Positions 50,647 through 63,802 of a stretch of 64,000 bases of DNA are shown here, in pieces. The notes under the pieces are model-generated. The model saw only the letters and a program-made list of their open reading frames with translations, ran no database searches and was not told the DNA's origin. Numbering within the stretch: the stretch's first letter is position 1; each line of letters starts with the position of its first letter. A program made the position numbers and the translations under genes. Origin of the DNA: Phoronis australis (lineage: Eukaryota; Animalia; Phoronida); assembly GCA_002633005.1 (NCBI GenBank), contig NMRA01000525.1:193211-257210 (forward strand), written 5' to 3'.

Positions 50647-52659
50647 TCCTAGAGTACAGCGGCGAATGCTAGAGTCGGGGTATAGCAACCGCTGCGGGTA
50701 TGTCATGGGCGGCGCAGAGCTGAAAAAAGTGGGTCAGTGCTAAAGCCCCCTCAGCACCCTGTGGTGCATCGCCTATAGACCATCATGGGCGGCGTAGAAC
50801 TGAAAAAAGTGGGGCTATAGCACTGGAGAAATCAAACAGTTCATTTAGGGCCTTATGCAAAACTATTTCTCCACCGTACACATGCAGGCACCCATCTCTG
50901 GCAAGGAATAACTGCAGTCGTCTGTCGCTCTTTTTCGTTTTTTCTCGAAATTATTATCACTCGATAAAAACTGAGAACCTTCACAAATAGCATCAATTGC
51001 TGTTCATTTCATTCTTTTTGAAATTATAAATCCTTTCATATTTAGGGGCGCTCGTTGTACGTGGATACTACGCTTTTCATGTTTTTTTGATAACTTTTTA
51101 AATGGACACTCACGGAGAGAAGGTGACGACTGGAATCGATTACCTCTATTGCCTGTTTTTGTGAAATCGTACAACTTCTTATTTCATGGAAGGTCACTTC
51201 TTGGAGGGTCACACGGTGATGGAAGTATAGGTCACTTTAATGATGTTAGCGGCTCTTTCAGAGCAGGGCGGCCCCCGGGCAATCGCAATTTGCCTCATCT
51301 ATAAATCCGGCGCTGTCAAGCTACTTCCGAGAGTTGGAAGATAAGATTCCAATTTCGTCGAAAAAACTAAGCATTCATGCAAAGGACAGCTGATTGTATT
51401 GAAAAGTACAATCAGAAAAAGTTGTCAACGAAAGAATGGAAGTTTTAAGAGCTTGAAGACCACTATATTTGTGAGTTACACAAAAGGAACATTTCCAATG
51501 GTTTTATAACGATACAATTTCGATACTTTTTCCCATAGTATCATAAGAATAGTTTTTCTGAATCATTTGAAGGTCGTCACCAGGCATTGTTTGTAGATAT
51601 CGTCGCACACGTAGAGCAGATTGGCGGGAGTACGATTTTGATGGCCGTGTAGGGAGTACATGTGTAACGGGTTAAGGTACTCAAAGTACTGTAGGGTGTC
51701 ATGGCAATCATAGGCAAAGATTTCAGCTATTTTTGGAGTTCAGTTTTAACTCATAGACCGTAATAGATTCATCTGGAATGAACCAAAATACACGACAACA
51801 CGAATTGATTCGGAAAATTTCTTGGGGGAGACCTCTCGAAACCCTGCGGGAGACCCCCTCTCCCATGTTCACCCGGTTATCCGTCAAGAATTTGCGAGCC
51901 TATCTTCAGGATCTGCGTACATGTTCTGTTTTGATAAATATCGAATTTGTTGTGGTTTGTTCGTGATTTAAGTGTTTATGGATCTACGAAAATCAATTGA
52001 TCCATAGATAATTTTTTGACAATTAGAAGCTTACCTTGTAAAAATTGATGACGCTTCACTAACCTTGATTGCAGGCTGAAGTTGGGTAAATCTCTATCAC
52101 ACGATCCCCAAACAGCAAAGCAAAGCTCACTAGACGATTTTTGACTATCTGAAAGGGTCCATACCACTGTTTCCCGGTATTTACTTTTACTACGAACCTA
52201 TTTTCAGCAAATGATATTCCCTCGACCCCATGTTCCCCGTCCCGACGTTCCCCCGGTCCTATCCATATTTTCTGCATATCAGGAGCCAAGTTCTTTTTTT
52301 ATAATTGTTTAATTTTTTGCTAATTCTAAATTCTAAGATCCTATACAGGGCTGAAAAGCACCAGTCATACTACAAGAATAATTTCATAAGAAAAGATGTC
52401 GTGCTGATGTTCAGTATTACTGCTTTTATCCAAGACGCAAGAACTAACTCGCGGCATATTTAATGCGTTTTGTTTTTTCATTACGGCGCACATGCCTGGG
52501 CTCAAACACTTGAGGCGCACCCGTTTAGAGCTTAAATTAAACTTAACGAGTTGGGGGAGCAGCGGGACAGATCGAGAAACAATGAGGGCCGGGAAAACCT
52601 CGGAACTCAGGAACAAATGGGACGGCGGAACATTGGGACCGTCAAGGAAACATCGGAAA

Positions 52660-52898
52660 GGGGAATATAGGGACATGGGAATACAAGGACAGGAGAATTT
52701 AGGGACAGGGGAATTTAGGGACAGGGAAATTTAGTAACAGGGGAATGTAGGGAAAGGGGAATTTAGGGACAAGGGAATATAGGGACAGGGGAATTTAGGG
52801 ACAGGGGAATATAGGGAAAGGGGAATTTAGGGACAGGGGAATATAGGGACAGGGGAATTTAGGGACAGGGGAATATAGGGACAGGGGAATTTAGGGAC
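52660..52898. repeat. 16-bp G-rich minisatellite GGGGAAT(T/A)TAGGGACA
   Basis: Direct reading; about 14-15 units, degenerate at the left. Confidence 0.9.
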
Positions 52899-53397
52899 CA
52901 AAGAATAATGGGCCACCAGAAAGATCTCTCAAAGAAATTGACGAGATTCAGACAGTTCTACAGAGTGTCCCACAAATGTACTCACAACTCAAATGGCAAT
53001 AAATGCATTGTTTATTGTCTTAGCAACAAAGTAGTTCAAAAGGGTTAAGTCTTTAAATCAAATAAAAATGCATTGCTCATTCACTTGGGAAGAGTAGTTG
53101 TCTTTGCACTTCCTTGATGTATTTAGTTTCCAGTAGGGTTGTGCGAAAAAAATTCGTTGAGTCGTTTGTTTTAACTAGTTAAATTTGCCATTCCTCGGCG
53201 CTCATGCACATGACGGCTTACGCACCCACTTTCAAAACAAGTTGTAACCAAGTCCCTGCACAGCCAAACTAAATTTGAATTGTTGTATTGAAGTGTGACT
53301 GAGAACACTTTGGAACATCATGTGTATTAGTTGTCCGGGCAGCCACCAGAAACTGGGCTACCCGTATGTTTTAACAAAGGAGTTTTGGCTCAAAGGC

Positions 53398-54303
53398 CAG
53401 TGGCGGATCTAGGATATCACAAGGGGGGGCCCAACATTTTGTCCGGCTGTAAACATTTGCGCAAACTGAACCACGATTGTAGATGCGCATAGCACCGAAT
53501 GGGGAGGTCGGAAGGGGGGTTTGCCCCCCTGCCGCCCAGGAAATTTTTGTTTTTACCTCTAAAAATCAAGTATTTTCCTTGATTCCTGAAGTATTATCCA
53601 AGAAAAAAGGCAAAAAAAAAAAAAAAAAACAGGGAGAACGTGTCAAACAGGAAAAACTGCAAGTATGTACCAAAGACTCGAACTCATGACCNAAAAAAAA
53701 AAAAAAAAAAAAACAGGGAGAACGTGTCAAACAGGAAAAACTGCAAGTATGTACCAAAGACTCGAACTCATGACCTTGCGCATAGAGCGTGCGTGCGTTA
53801 CAACTACACCACCACGATTTAACTACTAATGATATACTTGAGACCTACTTGTTTATGTTCCACAGCATTTGCGCGCGAAACCTACTTCTTTTTGTAATGC
53901 TTATTACACGTTTTGTGCCATCGATTCTTAACAAATTTGTCGTATTTAAAATAGTCTTCAAATGCCCAAAAGACCAAATCCGTTTCTCGTGTTGGCAATA
54001 ATGACGGGATTGCTTTGGAAATCGACAAAGAGAGTATTGCGAGTTTCTGAGTGATTCACTAAGGCTTCGATTAAAATTCCCATCTTGCCATCAGCTTCTG
54101 TTTTTTCATCGTCACTCAGGTTCCATTTTCTTTAAAAAATGAAGTAAATTTTCTTCATTGCACAGTGGAGCAGACGACGGAAACTGAGTCGTAGTGAGCA
54201 GCGCCACTGCCGGTCGCCTGGGATATCACGGGAGAGCCTATACTTAGCCATAGTTCCGTTACGAATGCGCCGTGTTCCGAATTTGACACTTGAAATTGGA
54301 TTT
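53398..54303 (+). mobile_element. Same hAT-like MITE family, copy C (right end truncated)
   Basis: Starts CAGTGGCGGATCTAGG; colinear with copies A/B until ~54303; contains an assembly N at 53692 with a local duplication. Confidence 0.8.
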
Positions 54304-54567
54304 GATGCCCGGCAGAGCCAGATTGCGCCATGGCGAGTCTTTTGGTTTTCTCCCTCTCCACCCTCCTCTTTTGCACCGTCGCACCTATACTCATAGTTGA
54401 GGGTTTTTAGGGATTAATGAATGGGTTACGAAATGGACCTCATGAGAGCGCATACCGGCAGTACACGAAGGCTCCTGTACTCGGCGTGGGCTGGGCAGCA
54501 CTGAAATAATTAATTGTGGGGGGGGGGGCTATAGCCCTCCAGCTCCCTATGGTGTGCCACTCATGTT

Positions 54568-55007
54568 TGCTCGGTTGCATGAAACAGTCCCAAACAGGGA
54601 CTCAACTAAGCTCCCTAAATCTACTGCGTATTTGTGGGCTTGTGAAAACACCGATTGTCCTGTCTGATGCCGTTTGAGTCGCGTTATTAAGACAGTTTTG
54701 GGTTAATTAGTGATAAAAATCGAGAGTGAACTGCACGTTGAATTCTTATAGTATTGAAAATAAGTAGGGACCTTTTCATGCATCGCCCTTAATATAAGGA
54801 ATAAGTCCATAATTGTTTTGACTGAATTACTAAGGGCTCAGTTTTTAGTTATATGATTGCCATTAGTCAAAGAAGAGTTCATACTAAAGATAAAATGATT
54901 AGAAAAATAATACACCTGTGCCTAAAGGACCCAACAAATACGAAAAAGAAAAGACTTAGGGAGCTCGGTTGAGTCCTTATATTGGGACTGTTTCATGGAA
55001 CCGGGCA
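54568..55007. mobile_element. MITE with ~55-bp terminal inverted repeats (Harbinger-like)
   Basis: TGCTCGGTTGCATGAAACAGTCCC...AGCTCCCTAAATCT is inverted as AGACTTAGGGAGCTC...GGGACTGTTTCATGGAACCGGGCA. Confidence 0.75.
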
Positions 55008-58000
55008 CTAGCCGCCAGACCGTAGCCGCGTGATACCACAGCATCGATGAGGTTGAAAGTAATATAATGGTCACACCATAGACATCATATCAATATGTCT
55101 ATGTTTATTCTCATTCTGCAACAAGGCTCCGAAAGGTCCAGAGATATAATCTGGGATCGTTGCAGTTTATCCCCAGGAACCAACTCAGTGGGGAATTTTA
55201 CTGTAGTGACCGCAAACACGTCAGTCTCAATAACTTTTCACACTTGCGACATTTAGCGAGCTGACTAGACACGATATGTGACGTATTTTGATTTAAAAAT
55301 GTATCACGCCGAACTCGTTCTTCTCGGAGTCGTCTGCGGTTTTCACTCCTTGAAAAGAAAACCTGTCAGTGTCAAGTTTGTTAAAAGCTTCCATAAAAAG
55401 TCACCCTTTCGTTTTGTTTTTGAAACACTGCACTTTTTCAGGGGTTAATTTCGTAAACTTGAACTCTTTCGCAGAGATTCTTGTTCAGCTTAACCCTTTA
55501 AACAGTGAAAAGGATATCATGTGTGTCAAAAAATATATATTTTTTTTGCAATCAAAGTTTTGAAAGTAATACTGAAAAACATTTATATGGATTTGTGTAG
55601 TTGCAAAATCGACCTTTTGTTGAAAAATACTCCTTGAAAAAGTAATTTATTCCCAGCAGAAAGTCTTTCGTATAACTCTCCTGTGGAATTACCTTCCCTG
55701 ACTCCCGCCCAAACACCTCAGAATAATTTTAACGGGGTGACAGCTGGTAAATTAGATACCAACACCAATTAGCAACAGCTACGAGTCACAGAACGATAAA
55801 GAGACCCGTCAAAGGAAGCGGGAAAAGTTACCTTTAATTTTGTTGAAGTCGTTCACACATTTGGAACATAAAACTCCATACCCGTAGCAGGTGTGAAATT
55901 ATTGTTAGCGGACTCTCTCCCTTGTTCTCCTCGGGTTCTCGGCCATTCACGTCACACTTCAGACACCTGCGTACCTGAACCGTGCATTCGCAACTGATTG
56001 AGACCTCAGCTGCGAGTAGGAAGCGTGTTCCACACCCAGCGCACGTACTTATCAAATAATTCAATTGCACTACATGTGCTGTCTCAAACCGGTGTACATT
56101 TTTCAATCCTAACTCTCACTAAAATGGAGGTACGCCCCAATTCGCCTCTTATACGTTTCAAATAATTTATTGGAACGAATGAAGCCTATTTTCTCGGAAA
56201 AAACGTCTGCACATGTTATCGCAGCGGAGCCATTGTTTTCGGCATGTATGGCAATAGTCACCAAGAAATCCTGACGAGCTTTCCACTGTTTGGTATTTAC
56301 TGCCCACTGAAGCAGCACTTGAATTTTCAGTCTTTTTATCGAAATCTTGAAATAGTGAAATGTTTGGTAAACAACGTACGGTTGTATTGCGACGTTCACA
56401 GTTAAAAACAGACGGTGAGTACAAACCCTCGGTCTTTATATGACAATTTATTTACTGAATGGTGACGTGACTTCGACAAAGTATGCTCAAAATTTTGAAT
56501 ATTGACTGCAAAAACCACTCGGTTAATATAGAAAATAATGAACAAGTACTGCATGGTTGACGCAGACATAACCAGAAAGCCAATGCCGATTACTGACAAT
56601 TTTAACATCATTAGCAATCAAGTATGCTCTGGAACAGATCCAGCATCTACACCAGAGGGAGCTCTAACAAAGGAAAGACAATGGAGGCACATTACATTCC
56701 CTAATAACACCAAAATACAAGTGGACTGAGCTATGAAGCCCAAGACGCTACTGTCCAACTTCAGCTCTAGAGATTCAGTTTTCAACTAAATGTACGGCCA
56801 CCAGTGACACATCCGTGGACAAAACACAAAAATTTGTTAAGTTTACATCTACAACTCCTTAAAATCTACACAACAGCCGGGTTACACATCCCTTTTCGCT
56901 CCCAACAGACACCAAAAAAGTAATGCTATCATTGTGACCCGAGAATTGAATACAACACGGTACACTGTGGTACACCATAGACGTAAACCTACGGTAAAAA
57001 TTCTCCACTTTGGAAGTCTCTTCAAATTGTGACACCGTAATTCAAGCCGAAATGGTGATTTGCCGTTCATCATATTTTTTAAATTGGGTACATTGACTTC
57101 GGTTCAACAGAATCTGAAAACAGACTCGACACTTTACAAAATCACCAATTAAGTAGTTATCGATCCGTTTTCATATCTCCCCATATTGATCCAGGTGAAT
57201 GGCCATTTTCTTTGATCGTAATTCTTGAATGTGTGACAGCCAATATTGCCCATTTCTAAAATTAGGTACAAGGTCCGACCTTGAGCAAAATAATTAATCA
57301 CTGTCCCAAACCGGAGAACTTTTAATGAAAACCCTATTCTAACTTTCACACACTCACAGCATCCTCAACAAGAGCTGGGCTAAAGGCAAGGCAGCAATTG
57401 CCAAACTTATGGCACACATGCTACACACAACATATACAGTTCTAAACACAGCACTTCTTTGCTAATACAACACTTACGTTAAAGACTGATGCAGCCCTAA
57501 TTTAAGACAAGTCGAAATAACACACGTCAAGCACAAATCAAGTTAGCATCAGTGAAGCGACCATCAGTACACGGTGTTAGTCTATGTGTAAAAAGGGGGG
57601 GGGGTTAACTTCACGTATTAAATAACCAACACAGAGGGTCACGTCTGAAAAACATAGACAAAACGGTTTACAAAGAAAGCACTATAAAACCACATAGACT
57701 TTGTCGAAATGACACCCGTACAGGAACACAGGTGGTCAATAGTAAATTTTACATCCAAAAACATACACTTAGAATTTGAAGTAAACTCAAAAGCACCAAC
57801 CAATTTAAGTAAAACACGGCTCCCTCTTCAAAACTCACTAGGGTAAATAACCGACACGATCACCAAGTCAAAAACAAACATGTCAACTGATGGCCAACCT
57901 ACAACACAAGATATCTACTGAAATTAACTAGCGGTCAGCAAGTCAAAATCTTTCACATGTCATTTAAATTGATATGATTTCAGCTAAAAGATAATGAATT

Positions 58001-59349
58001 AATCCAAGACCCCAGTGTGATATGCCGAAAAATGTCACAGAGGTTATGGTCTTGAAATTGTAGCTGAAGAACTTTTTTAAATTCTGTACGAGTTGTTTGT
58101 AAGAGTTTATGACTAGATATATAGGATCCCTCCAAATCAAGCCTGCCCAACTCTACCGATAGATCAGCCCTGGCACTGCGGCACATGGTGCATTGGAACC
58201 CAAGACTTTCATGTGTAGTGATACACCAATTTCTATAGAAATGCGTGCAAAAGGTGTAAGAATTTAGTAATTAATGGTCAAAGGGCATGAATTGCAAACG
58301 CCATAACTGAGGAGGAATCTGATACTCATGTTAGTCCTGACTCATCACTAAAACTGTCATGACTAGAATGTGACTATGATGTCTGAGCACATTTGATAGA
58401 CAGTTTCATATTATATGACAAGACTAAATTGTGACAAATATTTTGTACTTGTTAGACTTAACTACAACTAATCATTTTTGTGTTTATGTGCTTGACTAAA
58501 ATGTGACTAATATATCTTATTATCTTAGCCTGTATGGGTGTGACTACTACACTTTGTGTGCATGGGTATGAATATGACTAACACATCTTTGCCCTAAAAA
58601 GGTGCAACTGTTATTGAACTGGTGAGGTATGGCTAAGACCTGGTTCATATAGCTACTTAGTGACTGGCCGATTTCAAATTTCACAAATATGGTAGCTGAG
58701 ATAAACAAATTCGTAGTCCAGGAACTGAGACCTTCAAATTGTGATGTCATGATTTTCACAAACAGTGGGAAATTATTGGTACATCATGTGTTTGTACAGC
58801 AACAACTTGTCTCCTGTGTCAGGTCATTATCATTTTAACTGAACTACCTCACTTTCCAACCTCAAGGAACATCTTGACCAAAAATCTGATTAACCAAGCA
58901 TTGCAACTCTCATTTATTGAATCACAGAGGGATAAAAAAGCTGATATAGTATGTGATTTGATTGCCTTGGCGCTTGGGCATAACAACTTTTAGCCTCAAA
59001 TATCAGGAAATGAATTGACCTGGTAATTACATACAGTGTTATTAGGCAACTAGCTTGGGGTTGAGGGCCTCCTGAAATTCTCAGAATTGAGGCAAGTTAT
59101 CCTGAACTATGGTCAAATCTCCACTTGTTACAGTTAAAGCTTGTAGTTTAGAAAATCAAAGAAATCCTTGAATAGGGCCGTTAACAAACAGTCGATAAAG
59201 ATTTTTATATGTTTGTGTATTATATCGATTTCTCTTCATATATTGTACAATATTGTAGACATTTTTGTAACACATAAGAACACATTGATGTATCGATTCA
59301 GTTGATGCTTGATATCCTATACACTTCATGGAAACTGTTTGTGACTCAT

Positions 59350-59572
59350 TAAAGCTCTAGTCATGACTAAAGAGCCTTCACCACTAGTCCTGACTACATA
59401 ATTAGTCAGTGCCTAGAGCTCCTGTTCACTTCATCAGCACAACTGGGATATACTAAAGCTCTAGTCATGACTAATGAGCCTTCACCACTAGTCCTGACTA
59501 CATAGTTAGTCAGTACCTAGAGCTCCTGTTCACTTCATCAGCACAACTGGGATATACTAAAGCTCTAGTCAT
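59350..59572. repeat. ~105-bp tandem duplication within a GACTA/TAGTC-rich insertion
   Basis: TAAAGCTCTAGTCAT recurs at ~59350, ~59453 and ~59558 with near-identical intervening sequence. Confidence 0.85.
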
Positions 59573-61102
59573 TGACTGAACAATCTGAAATGCTAGCCAA
59601 TAATTAAATATCCTAAAGAGCTAAAACTCTCATAAATGACTCAATATCTAGAAACACTAATCATGACTCAAACGTCAAGCTATATAGTCCTTGGCTAGTG
59701 CTTTAGCGAGTCCCACTTACTCAAATGAAGTGGCAAAATGCGACTTAAATTATTCAAATGTATCGTGGGCAATCCCTTGGCACAATTTAGTTATGACTAA
59801 AAGTGACTAAAATATGACTGCCTTAGGGCAGGGTAATACGCATATTGCTTAGCCTAGTGTCAATTCTTCAGTGTGGGGCCACTCCACTACCATTAGGCCT
59901 ATTAGTGGATGTGAACCCCACAGCTCCGCACTCAACAGGCAAGATCAGCGCACAAAGGTATGAGTAGAGAGGAAATACCCACACACTGAACTAGGTTGGT
60001 AGTTGAGTTTGTGTGTAATGCTGGCTGGCTTATCATAAAACTAATTACATAACCAAGCACAACTTATTCTGAATTTGGGGTTTATTTTTGACATTTTTTT
60101 TAATTCATGGATAAAAGCCATGCTTCAAAATATGTATGTAAAAGCTGCATCAAAGTATATGCAGTGCCTTTAATATATTCATCTCAGCAAAAACCAGTTG
60201 CACTGTTTATGGCTTTCTGTTGCTGACCGTGTAATCTACCATGGAATGTGCGTGTACCTTGCCATGAATATTACAAGCACCATGCGCAGAATGACTGGAC
60301 AATTATGTCTTTCTTAAGATCAAACGCTGTCAAATTTTGATACACTCGCAAAGCGTTAGGCTGATAAAAGTAACTTTTCCAAGGGACAGCATTACTAACT
60401 GGCAGATGAGGATATTTCAACTATCCCAAGATGGCATGCAATGCCTTTAAAGTATACTCCAAGACCATGTTTTGCTGGTACTCAATTATATGTTAGTTCA
60501 CTTACTTGTGTGAGATTATGATGTACTTGGGGACAATGTCAGCAGTTGTAATAAAATAAAGACTAGGCAAAGAAAATCAGTCATCGTTTTGCAAAAAACA
60601 CATCGAACTTTGGTATCCTTTTACGACTTCTCGAACTTTTTCGGAACGGCCAATATCGTCATGGTGACGAGTTTTCAGAATGTGCTTAGGCATCCCTTCT
60701 GCACGTTATCTATGCAATGAGATATCCAAAATTACAACCCTATCAAAGCAAGCATTGGTTCTTATGATAGCTCTACCACATCTGTTTTACAAGCAGCTTC
60801 ACCATGTTTGGGTACAAGCATGTTTCACTACAGTCAGCCATAGCAGACTGCTATCAAAGTAAACAAGATCTGCCTTTCTGACAACAAGAGTGTTGGTTAC
60901 AACAAGCAAATTATTTAAACCAAAACTGTAACGTCACCAAAATTGAAAACTATGCGATAATGCGCATATCTTGCGCACATCCCACCTTAAAGACTTACCG
61001 ATAGTTGAGTGTACATGCCTGAATATTTCCAGACACAATAACCTGAATGGTTGGCTTAAGGATCACTAGACACAAACACAACATCTTGACCTAACTTATT
61101 TC

Positions 61103-61243
61103 CTAGAAATCCAAGACAATCTTATCCTCATAGAGCGCAATGACCAACATAATAGACATGCCAAGTAGGAGACCAAAGTTCTGGATGAGCAGTTGTTGAT
61201 GAGGCTTCTTGGCTTTCTCATAGGCAGACGTCAGCTCGGGCAG
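61103..61243 (-). CDS. Terminal exon of a second (paralogous or orphan) ZIP6/10-like copy
   Basis: ctttcag|LPELTSAYEKAKKPHQQLLIQNFGLLLGMSIMLVIALYEDKIVLDF-TAG; same 141-nt length as 28639-28779; 16 nt and 6 aa differences by manual count, no indel; no upstream ZIP exons in window. Confidence 0.8.
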   Translation of the reverse strand: MPELTSAYEKAKKPHQQLLIQNFGLLLGMSIMLVIALYEDKIVLDF

Positions 61244-63624
61244 CTGAAAGCGGAAGATAGTGATTTAAGCAAATCATGGCAAGATGCCAAGTTGGTGCCA
61301 AATCTGCATATTCCCATGGCAATATGGATTTTATAACGCAAACATTTTGATACATCCGCGCAATAATCATGCTACGTGTCCTTGCAATAATAATACGATT
61401 ATAGCATTGTCACGTGACACATTTATAGCAAAGGAAAGAATAGATTCGGCGAATAAATTAATGTAGGTTAGATCTTTTAATATGCCAGTATTAATATGTG
61501 CCAATCATAGGTAGTGTCAAGCTCAATGTTGTAATTCAACAAATCGCAGATGAATGGCCCCCAATGACGTCTATAGTGATCCTGGTAACTGCAGGAAAAA
61601 CTGACGGTCGTATTGCTTTGAAATGACGCACACACGACACATATAGTAAAATTAATTTGATGAGCAACTGTTCAGTTTTCAACTTGATTGCAGAATTGCT
61701 CGCTAGTGAATTCTGTGCACGACATCAAAGTGGAAACACACAAAGAAAAAATGTCACTAGTCTAGGAAATCAATAACTAATACAAGTTGAACTGAAAATG
61801 TTATTTGTATTCACATGTGGAACAAACTGGGACCCGTTTCACAACGCTGAATGTCCTCAATCAGGCATATTGATGGAAGGCGTGTTTAGAGCCCTAAACT
61901 ACAACTATACTTGTAAAAAGTTGTTGATCAGCAGTCTCTTCTAAGCATTAGTTAGCACGCTCACATGTTGATCAAGTCACTCTATTTGATAACATGAGCA
62001 TCACGGAGCATTGGAAATGCACCCAAGAAATATGCACTGCAAATGGTGTGCTTCTAGGAGTGTTTTTTTAGAACATAAAAATGGCCACTAGATGGCGCAA
62101 AATACGTCGAATCCGTCCAAAACCTGGTATGTGACACCAAAGCAATTTACCAAATTTCATAAAAAACCATTAAGTAACTTTTGAGAAACCAAGGAAAACA
62201 AACAAGAGCAACGCGGAGCGTTGAAATGCGCCCATGAATGCATCGCAAATGGTGTGCTTTTAGGGTTATTTATTTGTATCATAAAAATGGCCACTGAGAT
62301 GGCGCAAAATCGTATAATCCATCCAAAAATGGGAACATGCCATATTTCATAAAAATCTGTCAACGAACTTCAGAGAAACAAAGAAAACAGATGAACAAAA
62401 TGAAATTGCCACTTGTGGGCACAGCGTCCGTTCCATCTGCCTGAAAGTCGTCGTCTGTTATCTTCATATAAATTCATTAACTAAATTTAATAAAGATCCA
62501 ACAATGGGCTTTGGAGATACAGCTATGGGCGCAAAACAAAACAAAACTACCACTACGAGGCGCCACTGAAAACATGTACGGCAATCATTTGGTTGACAGA
62601 GGGGTGGACACCAAAAGCAAGATTTGAAAACACCAAAAATAGCCACTAGGTGGCGCAAAATACCTCGATTCCATCCAAAAACAGGAAGATAGCATCATCT
62701 CACTAATAGATGCCTATATTCAAAATTTTATGAAAATCTGTTGAGTACCTTTGAAGATACAGACTGGTAAACGTAAAAAATTAAAATTGCCACTAGGGGG
62801 CACACCAATACTCAAATCCCATAAATACACTTGCTAAATTAAGTAAAGATCCTGCAAACGGTTTAGGAGATACAGCCATGAGTGAAAAAAAAACAAAACT
62901 GCCACTAGCATGTCATGAACACATCCACTAACACAAGAAATTGTAGGAACACCGCATTTATCCACCTTCACTCTTATCAGGCTTCTATTGTGAGTCAGCA
63001 TGCGTGAATAATTGGCTGATAAGCCACTTCTAGAACTACTTTTGGCTGAATGGATGACCAGGCCATAAAATGATAATTAGCCAAGACCAGTTACTAATGC
63101 AACAAAGAATAATGTCATAGCATCACCTATAACCTTGGTGGAAAGCTATACATGTATACTGTATTGGCTCTAATAAAAGCTTAGAAAAAATCATTTCACG
63201 GGGAGGGGATTCTTATAGTAGCCTACGGCAGTTGAAAGCCGGTTTCCCAAACGGGTAAAATCGGAAGCTAGAATTCATAAAATTTACGCTCTGTGACGTA
63301 TTTTTAGCCTATGACAGTCTTTCTACAAAATTGTGGTGCATTGCTATGAACTTCTGTTGTTAAATTACGATAATTTTTCAAAAAATTGTGCTCATCACAG
63401 GGCGAAAACTTGCCGACTGATGCGTCGCTGAATCGCCATCGTCAATAGGATAACTTGAACTCTTGAATAAAAATATAGTTTCGACTCAACAAATTACCTG
63501 AAATCTTCCTTATGTTCTACAACTTTTAAAGTTCATGTGGAGTCCAGATTAATTGCGATTAAGTGCAAATCTGCGCTACATTGTACCCCACAACACGAGA
63601 AAAATCTCTGAATGAACACACATG

Positions 63625-63802
63625 TTGTTGTCACGTGACGTTTGTTTTGAAGTTCGTCTGCGTATGAGAGTGAGTGCCGGAGTGTGCGTGTGTGGGTCAT
63701 CGACGATAGACTTTTTTGTTACAAAAGGCGGAGGATTATGCAGGAAAATGGCGTTTACTAGATTGTTTTTTCATTTAAACGGCTGCAACGTGCAAGGTGA
63801 GT
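63625..63802 (+). promoter_or_regulatory. Probable promoter and first exon of an unidentified plus-strand gene
   Basis: Palindromic GTCACGTGAC 63630-63639, AAAATGGCG (YY1-like; ATG 63748), CAAG|GTGAGT donor after 63796; CpG-richer. Possible peptide MAFTRLFFHLNGCNVQ not recognised. Confidence 0.5.

Larger units (their letters stand above)
55636..62910 (+). repeat. Diverged segmental duplicate of ~25020-32100 (ZIP last intron, terminal exon, 3'UTR, downstream flank), same orientation
   Basis: Colinear shared blocks, e.g. GGAAAAGTTACCTTTAATTT, AACTCTCACTAAAATGGAGGTA, CAGCATCTACACCAG..GGAGCTCTAACAAAGGAAAGACA, AAGGCAAGGCAGCAATTGCCAAACTTA, AACTGGGACCCGTTTCA; interrupted by copy-specific insertions. 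Confidence 0.9.
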
